From the IMG/VR virus record IMGVR_UViG_3300022930_000011, positions 1-41,176 of that record: 41,176 nucleotides of DNA, one strand, 5' to 3'. The DNA comes from a virus. Its lineage: Duplodnaviria > Caudoviricetes. The translations under genes and the position numbers were made by a program. The stretch's first letter is position 1, and the number at the start of each line of letters is the position of its first letter. The notes under the pieces were generated by a model, which saw only the letters and a program-made list of their open reading frames with translations, did no database searches and had not been told where the DNA came from. Shown here in pieces: positions 24,185 through 33,539 of this stretch.

Positions 24185-24454
24185 TTATAAATTTTTAAAT
24201 ATCTCTTCTAACATTTTTATCACAGATTCGTGAGAATTTTTACAATCAGATAAATCCATATCTTTAAATTTATTACCGAGTTTCTTTATAATATAATCTT
24301 CTACAGACTGAAATTCATTGAACCAATCTTGATTATATTTAGAATCCATATTTTCAAGTTTAAAAACAACTGATTGAATTTTCTCAAATCTTATCAACAT
24401 ACCTTCACTTGTGTCTGTACTATTATTATATAGTATCTTTATTACTTCACTCAT
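24185..24454 (-). CDS. Hypothetical protein (89 aa)
   Basis: ORF track. Confidence 0.7.
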   Translation of the reverse strand: MSEVIKILYNNSTDTSEGMLIRFEKIQSVVFKLENMDSKYNQDWFNEFQSVEDYIIKKLGNKFKDMDLSDCKNSHESVIKMLEEIFKNL

Positions 24455-25131
24455 AATTTTACAAGGCTTGAGCCTCTTTTTTTATAGTTAATTATGTTCT
24501 CAAAAGCGATAAGATAATCTGAAACACTTGCGCATCTTGGAACTTTAAGTATATTGGTTCTAAGTATAGACATATGTTTTTCATCTAATTTCTTATAAGC
24601 TATAAAAATAGATTTTACGAATTTATCTGTTTTATAAAAAGGAAGTTTCTCAACAGACATTAGGTAATCTGCAATTTCATCTGATTGCTCTTCAAATAGA
24701 AACAAAATTCCTTTTCTTATACTATTTGAAGGTGATTTTTTTGAACCCATACATAGGGTTATAGTATTTGACATACCAAGTTTATATTTTTCTTCAAACT
24801 TCCACATTCTTCTGTAACAGTCAATATTTTGATCCGAGTAACTCTTTACATAATCTTTAATCTGCCAAGGAGATTGTCTAGAGTTTAATGCCATAGTTTT
24901 AGCTATAACATTCCCTTTTATAACCTCATAATGAATTGATAAATCAAGATTTTTCAAAGCTTCAAATCGATGTTGTCCATCAACTATATTAAAATCTTCA
25001 TCAACTAAAATAGGTCTGCCTGGAATGTAACCCCATTCTTGAATTGATTCTTGGATTTTTTTTACATTGGATTCTTTCAATGTCCTGTTAGTTTTTAGGA
25101 ATTTAAACTTACCATATTCTTTTGTTTCCAT
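24451..25131 (-). CDS. ParB/Srx-like N-terminal domain protein
   Basis: NR.L...NV..I..SI...PILVD....IVDGQHR..A. Confidence 0.85.
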   Translation of the reverse strand: METKEYGKFKFLKTNRTLKESNVKKIQESIQEWGYIPGRPILVDEDFNIVDGQHRFEALKNLDLSIHYEVIKGNVIAKTMALNSRQSPWQIKDYVKSYSDQNIDCYRRMWKFEEKYKLGMSNTITLCMGSKKSPSNSIRKGILFLFEEQSDEIADYLMSVEKLPFYKTDKFVKSIFIAYKKLDEKHMSILRTNILKVPRCASVSDYLIAFENIINYKKRGSSLVKL

Positions 25132-25162
25132 ATATAAATAGTTTGTTATTAATTTTATACTG

Positions 25163-25214
25163 CAAATATATAAAAGTGTTTTTAATTACAAACTATAAAA
25201 TTAAAACTTTAACA
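25163..25214 (-). promoter_or_regulatory. Early promoter with upstream TGTTAAAGTTT box
   Basis: TATATTTG 25163-25170; TTTG 25189-25192; box 25204-25214. Confidence 0.8.
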
Positions 25215-25223
25215 TATTCAAAC

Positions 25224-25250
25224 AAAAAACCTCCCGATTAAAGGAGGTTT
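25224..25250 (-). terminator. Terminator ending the structural operon
   Basis: AAACCUCC/GGAGGUUU stem plus U run. Confidence 0.85.
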
Positions 25251-25253
25251 AGA

Positions 25254-25463
25254 TTATTTCTTGCTTAGGTCGGAAATGGTCTCGTCTTTCGTGTTGGAGG
25301 ATTTGGAACTCCCGAAGAGATAACCCACCACTATCAACATAAGATTGTTTATCTGCTGTGATTCGCTTTCTGATACTTCGACAAAGGAAATGATTACATA
25401 TCCCCCTGCTATGACTATAACGGCTATAACGTTCTGTATCTTGAATTGATTCAGAAATCTCAT
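25254..25463 (-). CDS. Holin-like 2-TM protein
   Basis: Two TM segments and a VVGYLFGSSKSS..KD-TI motif seen in small phage holins. Confidence 0.65.
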   Translation of the reverse strand: MRFLNQFKIQNVIAVIVIAGGYVIISFVEVSESESQQINNLMLIVVGYLFGSSKSSNTKDETISDLSKK

Positions 25464-25464
25464 A

Positions 25465-26367
25465 TCAATACGTTTTTTCCTGCGATGCGTTCAACACAAC
25501 GCTTGCAGTTCCTGTAATTGCCGTTCTTATCCTAACCAATGCGTTTGCGGGGATCGAACCGCTTAAAACGCCTGTCTGAGCATTTGTGAGCTGAACAGAT
25601 ACCGCCAAAGCGACCGAGTTTGTGTTCCCGTTTTGAGATACAATATTCCAAGTGCTTCCTGAATTTGTGGAATACTCAAGAAATGCCATTGCGGAACTCG
25701 AACCCACCAATAACGGATTGGTTGCGGAACAAGTCACGGTGTAGAAAACGTCTGCATTCTTTGTGGTTGAAATCGTGAAATTGGTGTTCAATGTTCGTGT
25801 AGGTGAAGTTATCGTAACCGTGTTTAATGGCAGTACCACGCTGTTTGACAGGCTCAAACTCAATGTGCTTCCGACCAGTGACAACGACTGTATCTCGTTG
25901 GTTATGCTTCCGTCAATTTCTGCGCTTAACTTTCCGTTTAAGGCGGTTTGCGTTGCTGTTGAAATCGGCTTGTTCAAGTCGCTGGTGTTGTCCACGTTTG
26001 ACAATCCGACATCTGTTTTTGTTGGCACATAGCTTATTGACTTGTAATACGTGTCGTTTTCTGCCTTTGTCCTTAGATCAGGTTTTGAGGTAATTTCTGT
26101 CCAATTCGGCACGTATGCATTTGGCTTGTATCTTAAGTCTCCTACCGATTTAACTGTGTCATTGAATCCCGAAACGTTAAATGTTTTCAATCGCAACGCA
26201 TCCATCGAAGCAACGTAAAACCGATTATCCGTCGGTGGTACTGTGTAAACGAAATTGTTAGGCGAAACGCTCAAATGCACGTTCTGAACTGGCAAAAGCC
26301 TATTTGATACTTGAGCCTGAATATTGAAAGACGTCAATATCAAAAAAATAAATAATTTGTTTTTCAT
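25465..26367 (-). CDS. Tail-fibre-like protein with a signal-peptide-like N-terminus
   Basis: TKTDVGLSNVDNTSDLNKPISTATQTAL fibre repeat, W..I..KP motif, beta-rich C-terminus. Confidence 0.65.
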   Translation of the reverse strand: MKNKLFIFLILTSFNIQAQVSNRLLPVQNVHLSVSPNNFVYTVPPTDNRFYVASMDALRLKTFNVSGFNDTVKSVGDLRYKPNAYVPNWTEITSKPDLRTKAENDTYYKSISYVPTKTDVGLSNVDNTSDLNKPISTATQTALNGKLSAEIDGSITNEIQSLSLVGSTLSLSLSNSVVLPLNTVTITSPTRTLNTNFTISTTKNADVFYTVTCSATNPLLVGSSSAMAFLEYSTNSGSTWNIVSQNGNTNSVALAVSVQLTNAQTGVLSGSIPANALVRIRTAITGTASVVLNASQEKTY

Positions 26368-26384
26368 TATGTTTGGTTTTAAAG

Positions 26385-29300
26385 TTACAAAACGATCCAG
26401 TTAACGCCGTCCGAATAAAGGTTTACCGATTCCCCGACTGAAGCTACGTAAGTTGGCGAAGCGCTTCCGCTTTCCCAAATCTGACTGCCAGTTGAGGCTA
26501 TGGTCAAAACACCGCTACCCTTGTGGGTGCAGACTATCCTGTTCATTACGTTGGCAGTTGCGTCAGGTAGTTGCCAAGTTGCGCCTGTTCCCGTGTGCTG
26601 GTAATAATTTGTCCTTGCGGTTGTGGCTAAGTTTAAAGTTACTGCCGATGAATTTACATTGGCTACAATCTGCCCTAATGCAGCGGCCTGGTTTGATGAC
26701 GTTGCGTTTGCCAATTGAACGGTTGATAAAAAAGTAATTGTTCCATCTGCATTAATTGAACCTCTTTTAGTTCCATTAGTATAAAAATCAATAGGTTTAT
26801 TGGACGTGTTGTTTAGAAAAACAGTACCATCATCTTGCTGTCCAAATTGAAAAAAACTACTGTCATCTATTCCAATACCTCCGTACATATCTATAGAGGC
26901 ATAGGCAAATGCGCCTGATGCGTATTTATTTTTAATAACAAGTTTTAGTTGGTCAGAAACCTTTTCCATAACCGCTATAGGTAAATTTATGTGTTTGTCG
27001 TTTAATTTCTCACCCCCGTTTTTTGTCAATAAAGTAGTGGGGAAAACGCCTGCTCCACTTATCGTTTTAGTGTAAAAACAATTTCCTTGAATTCCATTTG
27101 TAGGGTCTTCAATATCTAATACTGAATCGTACCACTTCCCTAAATCTACATTCTCAACAATTAATTCAAGTATGCTTATAAAATTGAAAGCTGTAGGATA
27201 ACCGTTGTCGTATTTATTAAAAGATAATACGACTTTATTCCATTGTGCCAAACATTTTGTTATCAAAGAAGAGTGTCCTGCCTTTGAAATATCATATGCA
27301 TAATTACAAAAGTTTGCATTTAGGTTTTCATAATAGCTATGTTCTCCAACTGTATAGCCTAAATAATAACCATAAGAAGTGCAATTTGTAGCAACAACCG
27401 TAGTGCCTCCGTTTGATTTGGTTGGGGCAATTCCAATGCACATATTTTGATGTTCAACAGAATTAAATCCCGCTACGTCTATATCTGCTCTACACCTATT
27501 AAATGTGCTAAAGGCTGCGTCAAGCATATTAAAAGCGGTTAAATATGTGCCTACTGTAGAATCGTGATGAACTCTTATCCACATATCCTGAAACATTATA
27601 TCAATAACATTAAAATTATATGTTGGATTATTTCCTTTTGTGCTTATAACAGATGGAAAAGTTCCGCTTACACTTGAAAAAGGCAATGTCGACTTCCAAT
27701 AGCAACCAGTTGTTATTTGGTCAATTTTATCATCGGCAAAACCACTCGCATTCATTGTTGGTGTTTCGCTACCGATGAATTTAATGCTTTTTGCTGTTTC
27801 AGTTCCGCCACCTGAAACATCACGTCCACTTGGAATATAAATCTGGCTATTAGGATTTTGTCCAGTATTATCAGAAGTAACTAAAGAACCTGCAATAATA
27901 TAAATACCTGTTGGAGTTAAGATTGTACCACCTCCCGCATAGTAGCAAGAATTAATACAAGCTTGTATAGCTTGTGTTGCATCTGTTATACCATCGCCTT
28001 TTGCCCCAAACCATTGGATATTATATTGAGTGAAAACTCTCTTAAAAAGCTCACTTCCCAACTGAAAATAAATAATATTATCAACTAAATTTCCTGTAGG
28101 TATAGAAGTTATTTTTGAAAGCGTAATTTCTTCACCTGTATATTGATCTAAAATTCCGTAAATAAAATCGCCCTCAATTTTGGCGTCTGAAATATCATCT
28201 GACATTACTGGAGCAACATCGCTTAACTGCGCAAATGCTTTCCTGTCTCCTTGCTTGTCGAATTCCTCTTCGCCTACAAGCCCCTTTTGTAAAACACGAT
28301 CATAAATAATAATACCATCGTCATCTGATATAGAAATATAATTCTTATTGTCATTAACGTTACCTATATAAACAAGTTTTCCGTTTAATATAGAGTAACC
28401 TTCTGAAAGATCTAATGATGATAGATTATCAGTATCACATTCAATATTTCCTATACCTCCAATTACCTTAAGTTTTCCCGTAATAGGACTTCCTTCGACT
28501 GTTCCTGACAATGGTATATATTCCCCAACAATCGAAAAATTAGTGCTTTTTAATTTAAACAATCCTTCCGATTCGTACATTTTAAAAGTAGCGATTCCAT
28601 CAGGTGGAATTGTCAATGATTTTTCAAATGCGTATAATGAAGATGTCGGTGTGCCTGCATCAACAATTAAATCATTTGTCTTTTCATTGCAAATCAATAT
28701 CTCTTTTCCGTTGTATGGGTAGTCTTGATTCGGGATAACTATTCCAGAGTCTATTTTTGAGATTCCCAAGATATGAGCGTTTGATCCAGTCGATTGAATC
28801 CTGTATCTGTTCTTCCCGTTTTGGTCTAAATTAAGAGTTATGGCAGAAGATGAAGTATTTATTAAAACGTCCGACTGTGATATTTTCGTGATATAATCAG
28901 TACCTATAATTGGGTTGTCCCCACCGTTTGATATGGTATCGCCAAAGATTTCAATGGTAGTGAGTTGCAGCGTACCTGGAGGCGTTTGTGGTTCTAGTGC
29001 GGAATTCTCGTCCCCGCTTGGTATTCCTTGTATATATTGGAATGGGTTTTCCCCATCTTGAGTTACCACTATCTTGTCTTTTCTATAACTTCCGTCTTCT
29101 TCTGCAGGAACTGTAACTTGAAACTCGGTCGCATTACCAAACAAACCGCCCGATATTCTCCACGTGTAACCAACACTTGCAGTAAATTCCCCATCCACCA
29201 AAGACTGAGTTCCGAGCGTTATAAATCCATCCTGAGGTATGTTGTTTGGTGTCGGAAAATCAACCCAAGCAATCTTGTATATTGTTTCCGTGCCGTTGGT

Positions 29301-29810
29301 TATCGGCAACACGGTCAAAGTCTTGTTCTGCAAAGACGCGTCAATTGCTATCGACGAAACATCGTAAAGCTCTGAAAAGTTGCTTATGTTGAACAACACG
29401 GTCGGATCCAATTTGTTCTGTGCCTCGTTTACCGTGGGAACTTTTCCATCATTTCCGACATACCCGAAAGTATCGAGCAAGTCCTTGAACCTGTTAACGC
29501 CTGTCGAACCTCCACCGCTATTGAAATTACCCATCCAATCGAAATAACCTACCTCAATCAAAGCCAAGAACAAGGCATTTGGAGTGGCAAAAGGCGGGTA
29601 TTCAACACCCATATCTGTCACAACAGTGACATCGGAAATCAATATCCTTTGTTTGGAAAGTATGTTTGCCCCAGTGGCTGTCTTGAAATCGCAACGGAAT
29701 ATTCCACCATCGTTTCTAATGAAAAGGTCGTTTCTTATGTTTTTTGCGATTACAACACCGTCTAATTCGAAAGTGAAATAACCAGCCGTTTCTTGAATTA
29801 TCTTTACCAT
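26385..29810 (-). CDS. Tail fibre / tailspike with a pectate-lyase-like beta-helix (putative depolymerase)
   Basis: NIQWFGAKGDGITDATQAIQACIN...GGG-ILTP-G-Y; 1141 aa, downstream of the tail-tip genes. Confidence 0.85.
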   Translation of the reverse strand: MVKIIQETAGYFTFELDGVVIAKNIRNDLFIRNDGGIFRCDFKTATGANILSKQRILISDVTVVTDMGVEYPPFATPNALFLALIEVGYFDWMGNFNSGGGSTGVNRFKDLLDTFGYVGNDGKVPTVNEAQNKLDPTVLFNISNFSELYDVSSIAIDASLQNKTLTVLPITNGTETIYKIAWVDFPTPNNIPQDGFITLGTQSLVDGEFTASVGYTWRISGGLFGNATEFQVTVPAEEDGSYRKDKIVVTQDGENPFQYIQGIPSGDENSALEPQTPPGTLQLTTIEIFGDTISNGGDNPIIGTDYITKISQSDVLINTSSSAITLNLDQNGKNRYRIQSTGSNAHILGISKIDSGIVIPNQDYPYNGKEILICNEKTNDLIVDAGTPTSSLYAFEKSLTIPPDGIATFKMYESEGLFKLKSTNFSIVGEYIPLSGTVEGSPITGKLKVIGGIGNIECDTDNLSSLDLSEGYSILNGKLVYIGNVNDNKNYISISDDDGIIIYDRVLQKGLVGEEEFDKQGDRKAFAQLSDVAPVMSDDISDAKIEGDFIYGILDQYTGEEITLSKITSIPTGNLVDNIIYFQLGSELFKRVFTQYNIQWFGAKGDGITDATQAIQACINSCYYAGGGTILTPTGIYIIAGSLVTSDNTGQNPNSQIYIPSGRDVSGGGTETAKSIKFIGSETPTMNASGFADDKIDQITTGCYWKSTLPFSSVSGTFPSVISTKGNNPTYNFNVIDIMFQDMWIRVHHDSTVGTYLTAFNMLDAAFSTFNRCRADIDVAGFNSVEHQNMCIGIAPTKSNGGTTVVATNCTSYGYYLGYTVGEHSYYENLNANFCNYAYDISKAGHSSLITKCLAQWNKVVLSFNKYDNGYPTAFNFISILELIVENVDLGKWYDSVLDIEDPTNGIQGNCFYTKTISGAGVFPTTLLTKNGGEKLNDKHINLPIAVMEKVSDQLKLVIKNKYASGAFAYASIDMYGGIGIDDSSFFQFGQQDDGTVFLNNTSNKPIDFYTNGTKRGSINADGTITFLSTVQLANATSSNQAAALGQIVANVNSSAVTLNLATTARTNYYQHTGTGATWQLPDATANVMNRIVCTHKGSGVLTIASTGSQIWESGSASPTYVASVGESVNLYSDGVNWIVL

Positions 29811-29811
29811 T

Positions 29812-30957
29812 TTATAAATATGTTATTGTTACTTCTACTTCTTTTTCGATTCCATTTTTCAATTCTGAATACGTAAATACCAAAGGGTTTCCGTTTGCAT
29901 TGAAATTTACCTTTGCCTGGTTCAATCCATCTGATAATGTTACCTCGAAACCTCCCACGTGCATCTGCTGGGCAACTATGAAAAACATAGTCTGCTCAGC
30001 TGTCAGGTTTATGTTGTCCGATGTGGCCACGCTGTCTATAAATGGGAATATCCCACCGTTATAGCCAATATAGCTGAAATTGCTTACCAATGTGGTAAAC
30101 CCGAAAGCGGGAATCCTGACGAAAGCCTGATATGTGAATTGGTCGGTATAGCCTCTTACATAGGCCTTATAGTCAACAGGATCGGGGTCAGGAATCGGTG
30201 CGATATAATTAGGGTCATAAAATTCATCCTGAAACGACAATTGATAGATAATTTCCCCGAAGTTTTCCGAAGCTTCCAGTTCTGGTATTTCCAATGCCTT
30301 GTAAAGTCCAGTTCGTTGAAGATTCACATAGACAAACTTGCAGTTCATCATATTTCTGAATCTCAGGTGAAAATCGTTTGACGTGACTGGCAAAACCCAT
30401 TTCTCCAAAGTGACCTGCTGTATCGATTTGGTAACGCTTATGTTGTTGGATGACTGATAGTAAATTTCTAAAGTGTCCGCATTGGTGTACTGCCTAAAGT
30501 ACGTTATCAATTGAACTGTCTGCATAAAGTCGCTATCCTTCAGCTTATAATCGAAACGGCTCACGAATTGGTTTTCATCTGCCGTTATGAAAAATGCTGT
30601 CGTGTAGAAATCCTCCCCACCTACCTGCGATATCTTGAGGTAAACGGGTTGCATACCGAAATCAAACGGCAAGTTTGAAATGCTCCAGTCAATCTGGGGT
30701 CGTGCCAGATTGTCCTGAAACACCCTGTCCACATCGAAATAATCCGTAATGTCCTGCAATTCCTCCCCACATCGGCAAACGACAACAGTCCAGTCTTCCA
30801 GTTCCACACCATCCGGGGAATCCGTTGTCTGTCTTATCGTTCCCGTGTTTGGAATAAGCTGCACGCCATTTCCGTAAAAGAATGTCTCAATCGGACTTTC
30901 CTTTTCGTAATTTGCCTTTTCCAGCGTGGATTCAATCCTTATAAAGTTAATAGCCAT
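29812..30957 (-). CDS. Tail tip / baseplate structural protein
   Basis: Position between the tail hub gene and the fibre; 381 aa. Confidence 0.6.
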   Translation of the reverse strand: MAINFIRIESTLEKANYEKESPIETFFYGNGVQLIPNTGTIRQTTDSPDGVELEDWTVVVCRCGEELQDITDYFDVDRVFQDNLARPQIDWSISNLPFDFGMQPVYLKISQVGGEDFYTTAFFITADENQFVSRFDYKLKDSDFMQTVQLITYFRQYTNADTLEIYYQSSNNISVTKSIQQVTLEKWVLPVTSNDFHLRFRNMMNCKFVYVNLQRTGLYKALEIPELEASENFGEIIYQLSFQDEFYDPNYIAPIPDPDPVDYKAYVRGYTDQFTYQAFVRIPAFGFTTLVSNFSYIGYNGGIFPFIDSVATSDNINLTAEQTMFFIVAQQMHVGGFEVTLSDGLNQAKVNFNANGNPLVFTYSELKNGIEKEVEVTITYL

Positions 30958-33536
30958 TCTTTCAGTTGATTTAGTGATGTCGGCAATGTGCCGTTAAACG
31001 ATACCCTGTGCCACATTATCGGGTTGTATAATAAATATCCCTCGTTGTCTTTAAAACTTACTTCTTGGTCGTTTATTTCATAATTCAAGGCGTATAATGT
31101 GTATTCGTTTAGGGTTATGATTCCAATGTCCTGCGTGACTATGTTTATTATAGAGGGCTCGTATTTTTCTTCTCCCTCCCGGATGTTCAGTTTCTCCCCC
31201 AAAGGCAGGTATTCAATCAATTTGGGATAAAACTTGATAACGTGCCCATTGTTATCGATTGCCCTCACGAATCCCCTTGAGGCTCTTATGTTGTTTTTCA
31301 GCCTGATGAAAGTTTCCAAAGGCTCAATAAATATGGCATTCTGGAACAATATAGGAGAAAGTATCGGGTTAGTCGGAACAAATGCCTCCCCTTCTTTTAT
31401 GGTAATTCCCTCGTATGTCGTTGTTGCTTCGGGATTGTTCTTGTAAAATGTCACGTCTATCGGCTGTTCCTTTCTGTAAAGGTTTGCCGTTGCCAAATAG
31501 CGTGAATGGTATTTGTTTATTGTCCTTTTGGTCGTGAATCTCAAGTTCGAATAAGACTGTCCGTTTGCTATGTTGTCAATCTGAGAAAATCCCTCGTTCG
31601 TTCGGTTCGTACCGTAAATTGAACTCAATGCAATAGAGTATTGAAATGTCGTGTACCTTTCGCCATCGTTTGCGGTTCTTGGATTTTCCCCTCCGCCAAT
31701 AAGGACAAGATAATTAGGGGCGACTTCCACAACCGAATAAAATCCCCAATTCGGGTCAGGTTGCAATATAGAAACAAAACTGTTCTGCAATATTCCCAGC
31801 TGAACGAAATTGAAACTCCCATCATTTCTGATAGTCAGCCTTTGATTTTCGGGATTGTAGCTGTGCTGCAGAAAAGCGGTTTCAGTAAACTTGAATGGCG
31901 CAGAAAAATTACCGGTCGGCAAAACATCCATACCGAAAAACTTATCGTCGTCCTGCGTTGCCGTGTCCTCTGATACCTCTAGTGCTTTCCTGCGTGTAGA
32001 ATCTATAAGGTACGCATCACGAATCCACCCAAATTTTACCTCGTGCTTGTTGTCCGCATTCTCGTTCTTGAAATTCAACTGCAGTTCCCCGTGTACCGTG
32101 TTCTTTGTGTTACGCTCGTCTATTTCCTTTTCCGACTGGTAGGAAGAAAAAGAGAATTCTGCCGTGTTTAGGGTAAATCTTGGATTGTAGACTTTAAGGA
32201 ATTGGTCAAACTCCGTGTTGTCGAATCTTGCTATCTCGACATCCTTGTAATAGTCATCATACATTCCTATGCTTACGGAATCGTCAGGCTGTATCTGATA
32301 ATCTGCCTTTGGCTCATTCAAGATGTCCTCGATGTCCTTAAGCGTGATGTAGAAAGGCTCGTTTTCGATATTCCTTAGCAAATTTCCGTTGAAAATATAT
32401 TGGTCGTAATATTCGCCCCCGAAATCGAATCGGGGCATAATCGTGTTCAGTTTCGATATTGATTTTATGCAATACCTGATCACATCCGACAATCTCAATG
32501 CAGGAGTTACGGAATTGTAAGACGTGGAGATACCTTCAGCCGTAACTTTCCCCCCGACAAGGCTTGTTACCGTTATGTTCGCATCAATGTTTATCCTGTT
32601 AAGTTTTACCTCGTGCCAATAGTACAAAGTCTGTCCCCTCAGAAGAGACAATTCAACCTCGAAGTTTACCGTATAATTAACTGGCGAAACCTGAGACTTT
32701 ATTAAAACCTTACTGTTATAGGTGAAATTATCGTCAGTTGATATAAGGTAGAATGTCCTAACGGTATAGTTAAGCAGGTTGCTGCTCTTTGCAAAAGTAA
32801 ACTTGTCGTCTTTTATCGTGAACTTCAACTTGCTTATGTTATCCTGAGCAATAATATACTTGAAATCTCTTATCCCTCTTGTCTGAGCCACATTGTCCCC
32901 AAGTATTGTCTTTACGCCCTGAATATAGGAAACCGTTTCTTTTACGCCCGAAGTGATCACTGCATTGGTGTAATTGAAGGCGAAAAACATATTGGGCGAA
33001 AGTGCCTGTCCCGAATTAGAGCCATTGAACTGAGCCTGTTTTTTCTGTTCCCACTCGCTGTATTCAGAAGACGGCAATGCTTTAATCAATATTTTTTCAG
33101 TCTCAAGCGGCTCGATTGGATTTCCGAACAAATCTTTGTCACTAAAAACATTTACCTTGACCTCTTTGTTTCTTTTCAGAATCTGTTGCTTGTTGTCCTG
33201 AATAACGTTGCATCGGAAAAACTTCAGTCCGTCCGTTTCTGCGGAAACCATATCGAAATCAAACTCGATTGTTTCCAATCCTGAAACAATACCAAGTACT
33301 ATCTTGGATTCAAACCCGTATCTGTCATTGAAATAAAGTATTTTTTCAAGGTAATGTTTTCGAAAGTCCGTGAATTCCATCTTTATTTCTCCATCCGAAA
33401 ATGATAGGTCACGGGCAAATCGCTTGTCCTCCTGTTTTATGACAAAGGAAGCATCGGAATAACCGAAAGGCTCGTCAATGTCAAACTGCTGTATCGGCAA
33501 TTCTGATTCAAAGCGTATGTAAAATTTCTCTCCCAT
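30939..33536 (-). CDS. Tail tip / hub protein
   Basis: 865 aa, immediately after the tape measure gene. Confidence 0.65.
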   Translation of the reverse strand: MGEKFYIRFESELPIQQFDIDEPFGYSDASFVIKQEDKRFARDLSFSDGEIKMEFTDFRKHYLEKILYFNDRYGFESKIVLGIVSGLETIEFDFDMVSAETDGLKFFRCNVIQDNKQQILKRNKEVKVNVFSDKDLFGNPIEPLETEKILIKALPSSEYSEWEQKKQAQFNGSNSGQALSPNMFFAFNYTNAVITSGVKETVSYIQGVKTILGDNVAQTRGIRDFKYIIAQDNISKLKFTIKDDKFTFAKSSNLLNYTVRTFYLISTDDNFTYNSKVLIKSQVSPVNYTVNFEVELSLLRGQTLYYWHEVKLNRINIDANITVTSLVGGKVTAEGISTSYNSVTPALRLSDVIRYCIKSISKLNTIMPRFDFGGEYYDQYIFNGNLLRNIENEPFYITLKDIEDILNEPKADYQIQPDDSVSIGMYDDYYKDVEIARFDNTEFDQFLKVYNPRFTLNTAEFSFSSYQSEKEIDERNTKNTVHGELQLNFKNENADNKHEVKFGWIRDAYLIDSTRRKALEVSEDTATQDDDKFFGMDVLPTGNFSAPFKFTETAFLQHSYNPENQRLTIRNDGSFNFVQLGILQNSFVSILQPDPNWGFYSVVEVAPNYLVLIGGGENPRTANDGERYTTFQYSIALSSIYGTNRTNEGFSQIDNIANGQSYSNLRFTTKRTINKYHSRYLATANLYRKEQPIDVTFYKNNPEATTTYEGITIKEGEAFVPTNPILSPILFQNAIFIEPLETFIRLKNNIRASRGFVRAIDNNGHVIKFYPKLIEYLPLGEKLNIREGEEKYEPSIINIVTQDIGIITLNEYTLYALNYEINDQEVSFKDNEGYLLYNPIMWHRVSFNGTLPTSLNQLKEWLLTL

Positions 33537-33539
33537 TGT

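Noticed and set aside
25465-29810. Diversity-generating retroelement or invertible tail-fibre cassette
   Set aside because: No reverse transcriptase, invertase or template/variable repeat pair was seen
11333-31825. Nested minus-strand ORFs 11333..11542, 21971..22318, 30621..30812 and 31625..31825
   Set aside because: Alternative frames inside stronger genes with no recognisable motifs
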